From contig WOZS01000058.1 of NCBI GenBank assembly GCA_011620135.1, positions 31,534 to 95,533 on the forward strand: a stretch of 64,000 nt of DNA, in the 5' to 3' direction. Below are positions 8,910 to 18,035 of the stretch, piece by piece (position 1 is the stretch's first letter; each line of letters starts with the position of its first letter). The notes under the pieces were generated by a model. That model was not told the origin of the DNA and made no database searches. It was given only the letters and a program-made list of their open reading frames with translations. Position numbers and translations under genes: made by a program. The stretch is from Gammaproteobacteria bacterium (GTDB lineage: Bacteria > Pseudomonadota > Gammaproteobacteria > WOZS01).

Positions 8910-11841
8910 TGCAAAAGCACAGGATGCTGCCGACAGCCAGGCGGCAAAGGGTGCCCAGGAGCCCCCCATACCCCGAGCCACCTACCGCATACAATTCAAC
9001 AAGGACTTCGGCTTCCGCAAGGCTGCGGCCCTGGCGCCCTATCTTGCGAGGCTCGGCATCTCCCATCTCTATGCCTCGCCCTACCTGAAGGCCCGCCCGG
9101 GCAGCAGCCATGGCTACGACATCATCGACCACAACGCCCTCAATCCCGAGCTGGGCAGCGAGAGCGACTACCAGGCCATGGTCAAGGCGCTGCAGGACCA
9201 TGGGCTGTCCCAGATTCTGGATGTGGTGCCCAACCACATGGGAGTCATGGGAGCGGACAATCAATGGTGGCTGGATGTGCTGGAAAATGGTCCGGCTTCC
9301 CAGTATGCCAATTTTTTCGACATCGACTGGTCTCCGCTCAAGAACGAACTCAAGAACAAGGTGCTGCTGCCTGTCCTGGGCAAGTCCTATGGTGAAGCCC
9401 TGGAGGCAGGAGAGCTTGTGCTGTCCTTTGACGAGGCCAGCGGCTCCTTTGCCATTCATTACTTCGAGCACCTCTTTCCCATCGACCCTGTGGACTATGC
9501 CGCCATCCTCAAGCTGAGGGAGGCCGAGCAGGCCAGGGAGATCGGAGCCAAGACCCTGCCCGAGTTCCAAAGCCTGATCTCGGCATTGGCGAAATTACCG
9601 CCGCGCAGCGCCAGGAAAAAGGAAGCCCTGGAGGAACGCGCCCGGGACAAGGACATCCTCAAGCGACGCCTCGCCTTTTTGTGGGATATGGACGATGGCG
9701 TGCAGGGCTACATCCAGAGCACCATGGCCACCTTTGCCACCGTGACCCAGCCGCTGCAGGAAAGCCCCTTGCACAGGCTGCTGGAAAATCAGGCCTATCG
9801 CCTGGCCCACTGGCGCACAGCCAGCGAGGAGGTCAATTACCGGCGCTTCTTTGATATTAACGATCTGGCAGGGATCTGCATGGAACGCCCCGAGGTCTTC
9901 GAGGCCACCCATCGGCTTATCCTGCAACTGGTGGCCGATGGTGCCCTGAGCGGCCTGCGCATCGATCATCCTGATGGCATGTATGATCCCGCCAAATACT
10001 TTACTCAGCTGCGGGACGCGGTGGCGGCCTTGGGCAGCAGGCCAGACGGCACCAGGCATCAGGTGTACCTGGTGGTGGAAAAGATTCTTGCTCCCTATGA
10101 GGGTCTGCACCGGGACTGGCCGGTTGATGGCACCACGGGCTATGTCTTTCTCAATGTGCTCAATGGCCTGTTCATCGAGGCGCGCACCATAGCCGCCCTG
10201 AGACGTTTCTATGATCGTTTCACAGGCCGCAGCAATCTCTTCGAGGAAACACTCTACGAGAGCAAGAAGCTCATCATGGCGACCACCCTGGCAAGTGAGC
10301 TTGCCGTGCTGACGAACCTGCTCGGGCGCCTGTCCGAGGCCCATCCCAAGACCCGCGACCTGACGCTGGGCAGCCTGTATCATGCCCTGATGGAGGTGGT
10401 GGCCTGTTTCCCTGTCTACCGCACGTACCGGGATGCCCAGGGTCTCGCTGAGACGGATCGGCGCTATGTGGAATGGGCGCTGGTCCAGGGCCAGAAGCGC
10501 AACCCCAACATCGAGCGCAGCGTTTTTGCCTTTTTACGCCAGGTGCTGCTGCTGGAGCTGCCCGAAGTGGAGGATTGCCCCAGCACCACTCTGTTGACCG
10601 CTCTGTTGCACTTCATCATGAAGTTGCAGCAGTTCACCGGACCTGTGATGGCCAAAGGACTGGAGGATACCGCCTCCTACAATCACCATGTCCTGGTTTC
10701 GGCCAACGAGGTGGGCGGCGATCCGGGTCGACTGGGACTGTCGGTGCGAGCCTTTCACCGCCGCAACAGCGAAAGGCTCAAGTTCTGGCCCCATGAGATG
10801 CTGGCCACCACCACCCACGACACCAAGCGCTCCGAGGATGTGCGTGCCCGCATCAACGTCATCTCCGAGATGCCCCGCCTATGGCAGAGCCGGGTGCGCC
10901 GCTGGGAAAAGCTCAATGCCATGCGCAAGGTGGAGGTGGATGAGGAAAGCCTGCCGGAGCGCAATACCGAGTATCTGTTCTACCAGACCCTGATCGGCAC
11001 CTGGCCGTTTTTTGGGGCAAACCAGGATGCGGACCGTAGCGTTTATGCACAGCGTTTGGTGGCTTATATGCTCAAGGCGGTGCGGGAGGCCAAGGGGCGT
11101 ACCTCGTGGGTGCGGCCCGACGAGGGTTATGAAAAAGCGCTGGAACAGTTCGTGCGCGCCGTGATCATGCCGCGGCGTGGGGAAGGGCGCGATCCCTTCC
11201 TGGATGATTTTTTGCCCTTTGCCGAGATGGTGGCTACATTGGGGCTGTACAACACGCTTTCCCAGGTCGTTTTGAAATACACGGTACCTGGCGTACCTGA
11301 CCTGTATCAGGGTGCTGAGCTGCTGACATTGACGCTCACAGACCCGGACAATCGCAGCCCGGTGGATTATGAGCGGCGCATGGCCATGCTGGATGAGGTG
11401 GAACACAGCAACCGGCAGCAGGGATTTACGCCACAGCCCTGGCTGAATCTGGGCGAGGCCGACCGGCTCAAGCTGCATGTCACCTCCCGTTTGCTGGGTT
11501 TGCGGCGCGACCACGCGATCGTGCTGCAACAAGGGGATTATCAGCCCGTTGCCGTGCACGGCCCCTGGCGCGACCATGCGGTGGCGTTTGCTCGTATTTA
11601 CAACAAAAGCGCCATCCTGGTGGTGGCAGGGTTGTTCTATCACCGCCTGACCAATGGGGCACAGCGCCTGCCCATTGGCCCGGTTTGGGATGGCAGTTAT
11701 CTGGATCTTCCCTGGAAGGGGCCATGGCAGGACGTATTGAGCTCCTGTCGGCACGACGATGACCAGAAAAAACTCCAGCTGTCCCATGTTTTTGCCGAGC
11801 TGCCCGTGGCAGTGCTGCGGTTCGGCATGGAGTCTTCTTGA
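8893..11841 (+). CDS. treY: malto-oligosyltrehalose synthase
   Basis: ATYRIQFNKDFGF...LYASPYLKA...DVVPNHMG are TreY motifs. The start overlaps the treZ end (ATG 8893 or 8902). Confidence 0.85.
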   Translation: MAAMDNAKAQDAADSQAAKGAQEPPIPRATYRIQFNKDFGFRKAAALAPYLARLGISHLYASPYLKARPGSSHGYDIIDHNALNPELGSESDYQAMVKALQDHGLSQILDVVPNHMGVMGADNQWWLDVLENGPASQYANFFDIDWSPLKNELKNKVLLPVLGKSYGEALEAGELVLSFDEASGSFAIHYFEHLFPIDPVDYAAILKLREAEQAREIGAKTLPEFQSLISALAKLPPRSARKKEALEERARDKDILKRRLAFLWDMDDGVQGYIQSTMATFATVTQPLQESPLHRLLENQAYRLAHWRTASEEVNYRRFFDINDLAGICMERPEVFEATHRLILQLVADGALSGLRIDHPDGMYDPAKYFTQLRDAVAALGSRPDGTRHQVYLVVEKILAPYEGLHRDWPVDGTTGYVFLNVLNGLFIEARTIAALRRFYDRFTGRSNLFEETLYESKKLIMATTLASELAVLTNLLGRLSEAHPKTRDLTLGSLYHALMEVVACFPVYRTYRDAQGLAETDRRYVEWALVQGQKRNPNIERSVFAFLRQVLLLELPEVEDCPSTTLLTALLHFIMKLQQFTGPVMAKGLEDTASYNHHVLVSANEVGGDPGRLGLSVRAFHRRNSERLKFWPHEMLATTTHDTKRSEDVRARINVISEMPRLWQSRVRRWEKLNAMRKVEVDEESLPERNTEYLFYQTLIGTWPFFGANQDADRSVYAQRLVAYMLKAVREAKGRTSWVRPDEGYEKALEQFVRAVIMPRRGEGRDPFLDDFLPFAEMVATLGLYNTLSQVVLKYTVPGVPDLYQGAELLTLTLTDPDNRSPVDYERRMAMLDEVEHSNRQQGFTPQPWLNLGEADRLKLHVTSRLLGLRRDHAIVLQQGDYQPVAVHGPWRDHAVAFARIYNKSAILVVAGLFYHRLTNGAQRLPIGPVWDGSYLDLPWKGPWQDVLSSCRHDDDQKKLQLSHVFAELPVAVLRFGMESS

Positions 11842-12003
11842 GTCCCCCGCAGCGCTTGCACAGCTGTTTTTCCCGTGGCCTGGCCTGCTCTGCGGCGGTT
11901 TTTGGTTCAGGAGATGAACATCTTGCCTCTGGGGCAGGCAGCGCCGAGGCCATGGCGCTACCCTCACAAAGCCATCCAGCTGCTCATCCAGAGAAGTCGG
12001 TTG

Positions 12004-12360
12004 CTATGGATCTGGCATGTCATCGGTAAGGCGCAGTGTGGTAGCCAGCCGATCCTCGAGGAGATGCTGCTCGACTACCGTGATCATATCCTCGGGATTG
12101 ATGCAGCGATACCAGGTGCCATCCGGATAGACCACTGCCACAGGACCCAGCTCGCAGCGCCCCAGGCAACCGGTGCGGCTCACCTGCACCCCCTGAGCCT
12201 GTGGGCCTGCGGCACGTAATGCTGCCTTGGCCTTTTGAAAGGCCTCTTCACCCTGCATGGCGCCACAACCGGGACGGGCAGGATTGTCGCGACGGTTGGT
12301 GCAGATCATCAGATGGTGCCGATAAAAGCCCCTGGGCTTCTCGGGGGTCTGCCTGGTCAT
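12004..12360 (-). CDS. thioredoxin-like [2Fe-2S] ferredoxin
   Basis: HLMICTNRR...PGCGAM...TGCLGRCELGPVAVVYPDGTWY matches the COG3411 ferredoxin pattern. Confidence 0.75.
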   Translation of the reverse strand: MTRQTPEKPRGFYRHHLMICTNRRDNPARPGCGAMQGEEAFQKAKAALRAAGPQAQGVQVSRTGCLGRCELGPVAVVYPDGTWYRCINPEDMITVVEQHLLEDRLATTLRLTDDMPDP

Positions 12361-12396
12361 GGTATTGACATCCTGGGCGCTTTCTGATAAGTTTGC

Positions 12397-12426
12397 TTTA
12401 TACTAAGTATTGGTTTTCAATGTCAA
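12397..12426 (-). promoter_or_regulatory. sigma70-like promoter for the ferredoxin gene
   Basis: Minus strand TTGACA (rc 12421-26) - 18 nt - TATAAA (rc 12397-402), about 30 nt upstream of the fdx ATG. Confidence 0.35.
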
Positions 12427-12478
12427 TGGATCGCTTCATCTTGATTCGTTGATGATGATGCTTGTATCATAGCCAAGC

Positions 12479-12507
12479 AAAAAAAACCCCCCTGGGTTGC
12501 AGGGGGG
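12479..12507 (-). terminator. rho-independent terminator (minus strand)
   Basis: CCCCCCTG-GGTTG-CAGGGGGG hairpin (12487-12507), followed on the minus strand by U8 (A-run 12479-12486). Confidence 0.5.
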
Positions 12508-12599
12508 AAAGAGCAAAAGGTCTGAACATCAGAACCCTTTGCTTAAGGAGGAGACCTGTTCGCATTGGCCAAAGGCAAGCTGGCCTGTCTTTGGCCCAT
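12479..12599 (-). ncRNA. candidate small RNA (promoter, 5' hairpin, CU-rich stretch, intrinsic terminator)
   Basis: Minus-strand -35 TTGACA (rc 12628-33) and -10 CATACT (rc 12606-11). 5' hairpin GGCCAAAG/CTTTGGCC (12567-12596). UCUCCUCCUU stretch (rc of 12545-54). Terminator 12479-12507. No credible ORF. Confidence 0.22.
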
Positions 12600-12623
12600 A
12601 CATGCAGTATGGCAGATTCCGCA

Positions 12624-12652
12624 TTGATGTCAATACCTTGGAAAGGTATCAA
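12624..12652 (+). promoter_or_regulatory. promoter with overlapping palindromic operator upstream of the GT39 gene
   Basis: TTGATG (12624-29) - 17 nt - TATCAA (12647-52). A perfect IR ATACCTT-GGA-AAGGTAT (12633-12649) spans the spacer and -10. Confidence 0.3.
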
Positions 12653-12747
12653 TTAATTTAACCAATTCATATCCTCAACAAAGTATATCGTGCCTGTATA
12701 TGGGCGCCATGTGAGGGGGTTATTTCTGCATAGCATAGCTTCTTAGC

Positions 12748-14337
12748 GTGAGAAGTCCATCAACCACCTTGTCCAGGTGGCGCTGTCTGCTCATGGCCTG
12801 TTTCCTGATGTGGGGGCTGAGCAGCGCTTTCCTGCGTCCGCTGTATCCGCTCGATGAGACCCGTTATGCCAGCGTGGCCTGGACCATGCAGCGCCTGGGC
12901 AGCTGGTGGCCCATGCTGGGGGAAACGCTCTATACCCACAAGCCACCATTCTTGTTCTGGCTCATGCGTCTTGCCTGGTGGGTGGGGGGTTTTTCGGCAC
13001 CGCCGCTGCGCTTGCTGATGTTGGCATTGACCATGGCCTGCCTGTGGCGCAGCATGGCCCTGTCTGGGGCGCTGTGGGGCAGACGCCCGGAGGTTGGGCT
13101 GGTGGCCGCCTTGCTGGCTGGGAGCTGGTATGTGGCCACCATGGGTACCGCTGTGTATTTCGACATGGCGCTCACCTTGTGGGTTGTACTGGCCATCGAG
13201 GGCTTGTGGCGAGCTGCCTGTGGGCAGCGCTGGGGTTTTGCCTGGTCGGGATGTGCCCTGGGTCTGGGGATCCTGACCAAAGGCCCTTTGATTGGCCTGT
13301 TCGTCATCGGCCCCATGCTGGCGATGCCCTGGATCATGGGGCATCCCATCAAGGGCTGGTGGCGCGGCATGATGTTGACCCTGCTATTAGCCGCGGTAGC
13401 CCCGCTGGGCTGGTTTGTCGCCTTGGCCATGGGGCATGGTAGCGGTGTCGTGCGAGCCATTATCTGGAACCAGGGGGCCGGAAGGGTGGTGGCGGCCTTC
13501 GCCCATGCCAGACCCTGGTGGTGGTATGTCCCTTTGGTTCTGGCGCTATGGCTGCCATGGGTGTGCTGGCCTGTGGTGTGGAAGGTGCGCTGGCGCCTGG
13601 TACGCGGACCGGGGAGCCGGCTGTGCCTGGCCTGGATGGTGCCTGCTTTTGTGTTGCTGTCCATGGTCAGCGGCAAGCAGCCCCACTATCTGCTGCCGTT
13701 GTTTCCCGCGGTGGCTTTGCTGCTGGGTCGCGGTCTGGAGCGGCTGCCGTCGCCATCCTCCAGGGATCATGGGCTCGTGGGCCCAGCTCTCGTCTTTCTT
13801 GCGATTGGTCAGGCGCCATTGCTGGGATGGTGGCTGGTGGCAGGCATGCGCACCGCACTCAGCATGGTCATGGTCCTGCTGTGGATGGCAGGTTTTACTG
13901 TGCTGGGTGTCTTGTTGGTATGGAAAGGCCGTGGGATGAGCATCACAGGGCAGGTGATGTGGCTGGCGGTCTGTGCGTTGCTGGGCTGGTGTCTCGGCCA
14001 GCCGGTGCTGGTCGAGGCGCTGGCCTCCCGCTATGACCTGCGTCCTTTTGCCAGGGAGATCGCCCATCTCCAGGCCCAGGGGCTGACTGTGGTCAAGGCG
14101 GGAGCCTATCATGGCCAATTCGATTTTCTGGGTCAGCTCAACACGCCCATCCATGCCCTGCCCCGCGATGGGGTCTGTGCCTGGGCCAAGACCCATCCGC
14201 AGGGCATGGTCATCGTGGAGTTGCCGGGGTCATGGCGGGCTGATGCCAGTCCCGTGCTGCTGCAACCGTACCGCGGCCATCAGCTTGCCATCCTGCCTTC
14301 CAAGGCAGCCTGCGGGGTCATGTCACAGCTGCAGTGA
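12748..14337 (+). CDS. ArnT/PMT-like glycosyltransferase family 39 membrane protein
   Basis: PLDETRYASVAWTM..YTHKPPF..TKGPL are GT-C ArnT signature motifs. Multi-pass hydrophobic protein. GTG start; alternative ATG at 12793. Confidence 0.8.
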   Translation: MRSPSTTLSRWRCLLMACFLMWGLSSAFLRPLYPLDETRYASVAWTMQRLGSWWPMLGETLYTHKPPFLFWLMRLAWWVGGFSAPPLRLLMLALTMACLWRSMALSGALWGRRPEVGLVAALLAGSWYVATMGTAVYFDMALTLWVVLAIEGLWRAACGQRWGFAWSGCALGLGILTKGPLIGLFVIGPMLAMPWIMGHPIKGWWRGMMLTLLLAAVAPLGWFVALAMGHGSGVVRAIIWNQGAGRVVAAFAHARPWWWYVPLVLALWLPWVCWPVVWKVRWRLVRGPGSRLCLAWMVPAFVLLSMVSGKQPHYLLPLFPAVALLLGRGLERLPSPSSRDHGLVGPALVFLAIGQAPLLGWWLVAGMRTALSMVMVLLWMAGFTVLGVLLVWKGRGMSITGQVMWLAVCALLGWCLGQPVLVEALASRYDLRPFAREIAHLQAQGLTVVKAGAYHGQFDFLGQLNTPIHALPRDGVCAWAKTHPQGMVIVELPGSWRADASPVLLQPYRGHQLAILPSKAACGVMSQLQ

Positions 14338-14349
14338 GTGTTGTTGTCT

Positions 14350-15726
14350 TCAGGCAACCAGGCGATAGCAGGGATGATAGCTTTCGCTGTAGAGACGCAT
14401 GCGCTGCTCGCGGATCAGGTGGCTCAGCAGGCGGTCCATGGCGTGCAGCAGATGGGGGTCACCATGCAGCTCATAGGGGCCGAATTCGGCCACCTGCCGT
14501 ATGCCCCATTCCTTGACATTGCCGGTGACGATGCCCGAGAAGGCGCGACGCAGCTGGGCTGCCAGCTGGTCAGGGCTCTGCTGGCGCTCCAGATTCAAGG
14601 TGGCCATGGCTTCATGGGTGGAGAGAAAGGGTTGCTGGAAGAGGGGATCGATGGTCAAGGCCCAGTTGAAATAAGCTGGATCGCCATGATGGCGTCGATA
14701 TTCCCGATACAGGGCCATGGCAGCCGCCATGGCGCGGGCGGCCTGGGAGGGGTGGCCATAGGCAATGGTCAGGCGCTGGATGGCGGCCTCACCCAAGGTC
14801 TGGCGCAGGAACTCCAGGAGCTCTTCAAGATAGGCCCGGCTGTCATCCGGGCCGGTGAGGATCACGGGATAAGGGAGATCGCTGTTGTCAGGATGCATCA
14901 GAATGCCCAGCAGGTAGAGGAGTTCTTCTGTGGTGCCAGGTCCTCCGGGAAAGATGATGATGCCGTGGGCGAGGCGCACGAAGGCCTCGAGACGCTTTTC
15001 CATGTCCGGCAGCACGACCAGTTCATTGACGATGGGGTTGGGGGGTTCTGCGGCAATGATGCCCGGTTCGGTGATGCCCACATAGCGTCCCTGGTTCAGG
15101 CGCTGTTTGGCGTGGCCGATGGTGGCTCCCTTCATGGGCCCCTTCATGGCGCCGGGACCGCAGCCGGTGCCGATGTGCATGCCGCGCAACCCAAGCTCGT
15201 AGCCCACCTTCTTGCTGTATTCGTACTCTTCCCTGGAAATGGCGTGACCACCCCAGCACACGGCCAGTGGGGTAGTCTCCTCCGGCACGAGGACTCTTGC
15301 ATTGCGCAGGATGTGAAAGACAGCATTGGTGATGCCGGCTCCACTGGCGAGGTCGAAGGTGGGATTTTCCAGCACCTCGGTCTGGGTGAAGATCAGGTCG
15401 CGCACCAAGGCGAAGAGGTGCTCGCGAATGCCCCGCATCAGGCAGCCATCCACGAAGGCCTCTGGGGGAGGGTTGTGGAGCTGCAGTTGCAGGCCGCCTT
15501 CCCCGTTGAGCACCTGGATATCGAAGTTTTCATGGCGCTGAAACAACGCCCGGGCATCGTCGGCGCTGGTGCCGCAGGCCAGGACCGCAAGTGAGCAGAT
15601 GCGCAGCAGATCATGCAGATTGCCCTTGGCGGTGGTATGAAAACGCTGAATCTCCTGCCTCGAGAGCACCTCCAGGGGGCCTTTGGGTTCAACGATCACC
15701 GGGCTGATCGGCTCAGGGGGGTTCAT
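14350..15726 (-). CDS. ppnN: nucleotide 5'-monophosphate nucleosidase PpnN (LOG family)
   Basis: Near co-linear with E. coli PpnN/YgdH (RICSLAVL..FENFDI..NPPPEAFVDG..PGGPGTTEELLYLLGILM..RRAFSGIVTGNVKE..). Confidence 0.9.
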   Translation of the reverse strand: MNPPEPISPVIVEPKGPLEVLSRQEIQRFHTTAKGNLHDLLRICSLAVLACGTSADDARALFQRHENFDIQVLNGEGGLQLQLHNPPPEAFVDGCLMRGIREHLFALVRDLIFTQTEVLENPTFDLASGAGITNAVFHILRNARVLVPEETTPLAVCWGGHAISREEYEYSKKVGYELGLRGMHIGTGCGPGAMKGPMKGATIGHAKQRLNQGRYVGITEPGIIAAEPPNPIVNELVVLPDMEKRLEAFVRLAHGIIIFPGGPGTTEELLYLLGILMHPDNSDLPYPVILTGPDDSRAYLEELLEFLRQTLGEAAIQRLTIAYGHPSQAARAMAAAMALYREYRRHHGDPAYFNWALTIDPLFQQPFLSTHEAMATLNLERQQSPDQLAAQLRRAFSGIVTGNVKEWGIRQVAEFGPYELHGDPHLLHAMDRLLSHLIREQRMRLYSESYHPCYRLVA

Positions 15727-15751
15727 GGCGGGATAGCGCTCATAAGACGGA

Positions 15752-16144
15752 TCAGTCTGTTTCAGGACTGAACTCCCGTTCGTGGCGCGTTTGGCATTCA
15801 TAGCAGCGCGTGGCCGTGGGTTGCGCCTTGAGGCGGGGTAGTGCTATCTCGCTGGCGCAGTCCCTGCAGATGCCATAGGTGCCCTCGGCCAGGCGCTTTT
15901 GCGCCTGTTCGATTTCGCGTATTTCCTGGACATGACGATGGATGTTGGCAAACCCGATATCCATGAGCAGATCGGCAACCGACTCTTCCCCCACATCATG
16001 GACATGTCCGGCCAGATCCTGGAAATGCTCCTGGTCAGCCGTCAGCAGCTCCTGGCGAATGGTCTGCAGCAGGGCTGTTTTGCGCTCTGCCAGCATGGAG
16101 CGCAGCTCGGCTAGGTTCTCTTTATCAGGTGTATGCTCAGCCAC
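15752..16144 (-). CDS. DksA/TraR-family C4 zinc-finger protein
   Basis: C-terminal CRDCASEI...ATRCYECQ four-Cys finger preceded by a helical segment, 130 aa. Confidence 0.75.
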   Translation of the reverse strand: MAEHTPDKENLAELRSMLAERKTALLQTIRQELLTADQEHFQDLAGHVHDVGEESVADLLMDIGFANIHRHVQEIREIEQAQKRLAEGTYGICRDCASEIALPRLKAQPTATRCYECQTRHEREFSPETD

Positions 16145-16194
16145 TAGGATGATGCCTCTCGATCGGGAAAACGCTCATGTGAAAGTTTCCAAGT

Positions 16195-18030
16195 TTATTC
16201 GACTGTTACCGATTTGGCAAGATTGCGCGGTTGGTCGATGTCCGTGCCCTTGAGCAGGGCGGTATGATAGGCCAGCAGCTGCAGGGGCACCACATGCAGA
16301 AACGCCGACCAGGCGTGATGGGGCGTGGGCAGGCGCACCACTTCCATGTTGGTGGTGGGCTGGATGTCGGTCTCACGGTCGATGAGCACCGTGAGGTGAC
16401 CACCCCGGGCGCGTGCCTCCTCCAGATTGGAGGCGAGCTTCTGTGCCAGAAGCCGGTCACCGCCCACGGCCAGGAGTGGCATGTCGTGATCCACGAGGGC
16501 CAAAGGGCCATGCTTGAGCTCTCCGGCCGCATAGCCCTCGGCATGGATATAGGAGATCTCCTTGAGCTTGAGGGCGCCTTCCAGGGCGATGGGAAAGTCT
16601 TCGCCACGTCCCAGGAACAACGCATGGTGCTTGGTCTTCCACGTCTGGGCCACCAGGGCCATCTTGTCTTCCACGGCAAGCGTTTCTTCCATTTGCGCCG
16701 GCAGGGCGTTGAGCAGCCGGGCCAGCGGCTGCAGGATGGCTTCGTCGATATGGTGGCTCTGGGCCAGGGCCAGGGCCAGCACCGCCAGGGCCGCCAGCTG
16801 GGAGGTAAAGGCCTTGGTGGAAGCAACACCGATCTCAGGGCCTGCCGAGGTGAGCAAACAGCAATCCGCAGCCCGGTGCAGCAGACTGCCGGCCCGGTTG
16901 CAGATGGCCATTCTGGCGAGATAGGGCGCTTGTTGGGTGGCCTGCAGGGCGGCCAATGTATCGGCGGTTTCGCCGGATTGGGAGATGGCCACCAGCAGGC
17001 AATCCCTGGGTACTGCCCGGCGGCGATAACGAAACTCGCTGGCAAGCTCCACCTGGCAGGACAGACCGCTGATGGCCTCGATCCACAGCCTGCCCAGCAT
17101 GCCCGCATGATAGCTGGTGCCACACCCCACGATATGCACGCATTGCACCCTGGCCAACAGCCCCATGGGCAGCTGCTCTGGGGCGATCATCCAGCCTTTG
17201 TTGGCATCGGCCAGCGTGCTGCCCAGGGTGCGGGCTATGGCCCGGGGCTGCTCATAGATCTCCTTGAGCATGTAATGGCGGTAGGGTCCGCGGCCATCGG
17301 CCAGGCTTTCCGGTGTCAGGGGCACGGCCTGGCGGCTGATGGGGGTGGGGTCATGGCTGGCACAGATGACAGGGGCGCTGTCCCGGCTGATGCACACCAC
17401 CTCGTTGTCTTCCACCATCAGGCATTGGTTGGCAAGTCCATTGAGCGCTGCTGGATCAGAGATCAGAAAAGTGGCTGCCTTTCCAAGGCCTACCACTAAT
17501 GGAGCGCCGCGGCGAAAACCAGCCAGGAGATGGCCCTGGCTTGCATCCATGGCCACGAAAGCCAGCGAGCCCTCCAGATTATGGGCTATCTTGCAGACCG
17601 CCTGCAGCAGGCCCAGTCCCTGGCTGCGCTGTGCAGCCAACAGGCAGGCAATGACTTCCGTGTCCGTTTCGGAGGAAAAGACATGGCCACCGCAGCGAGT
17701 GCGCAAAGCGGCGTGATTCTCCAGGATGCCGTTGTGGACCACTGTCACAGTACCCACCTGTTGGGGATGGGCGTTGCGTTCCGAGGGTGCGCCATGGGTG
17801 GCCCAGCGTGTATGGGCCAGGCCGATGGTGCCTGCAAGCGGCTGCTCGACCAAAGAGGCCGCCAATGCCGCCACCTTGCCCACGACCCGCCGCCTGGCCA
17901 TGGTGCCATCGGCCTGGATGACGGCAAGCCCTGCCGAATCATAGCCCCGGTAGCCCAGGCGCTCCAGGCCCGCCATGAGGGATGGTACGACATCCTGCTG
18001 GTTGGAGATGGCTGCGATGAGGCCGCACAT
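16195..18030 (-). CDS. glmS: glutamine--fructose-6-phosphate aminotransferase
   Basis: MCGLIAAIS N-terminal nucleophile; ends ...NLAKSVTVE. Confidence 0.95.
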   Translation of the reverse strand: MCGLIAAISNQQDVVPSLMAGLERLGYRGYDSAGLAVIQADGTMARRRVVGKVAALAASLVEQPLAGTIGLAHTRWATHGAPSERNAHPQQVGTVTVVHNGILENHAALRTRCGGHVFSSETDTEVIACLLAAQRSQGLGLLQAVCKIAHNLEGSLAFVAMDASQGHLLAGFRRGAPLVVGLGKAATFLISDPAALNGLANQCLMVEDNEVVCISRDSAPVICASHDPTPISRQAVPLTPESLADGRGPYRHYMLKEIYEQPRAIARTLGSTLADANKGWMIAPEQLPMGLLARVQCVHIVGCGTSYHAGMLGRLWIEAISGLSCQVELASEFRYRRRAVPRDCLLVAISQSGETADTLAALQATQQAPYLARMAICNRAGSLLHRAADCCLLTSAGPEIGVASTKAFTSQLAALAVLALALAQSHHIDEAILQPLARLLNALPAQMEETLAVEDKMALVAQTWKTKHHALFLGRGEDFPIALEGALKLKEISYIHAEGYAAGELKHGPLALVDHDMPLLAVGGDRLLAQKLASNLEEARARGGHLTVLIDRETDIQPTTNMEVVRLPTPHHAWSAFLHVVPLQLLAYHTALLKGTDIDQPRNLAKSVTVE

Positions 18031-18035
18031 GGCCG

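Noticed and set aside
12462-12656. Small ORFs 12462..12656 (+) and 12467..12652 (-)
   Set aside because: They run through the GC hairpin/terminator and promoter elements of the intergenic region, with no RBS; more plausibly non-coding.
14338-15594. 418-aa plus-strand ORF
   Set aside because: Antisense to ppnN, which has near-complete co-linearity with E. coli PpnN.
16231-17499. 422-aa plus-strand ORF
   Set aside because: Antisense to glmS.
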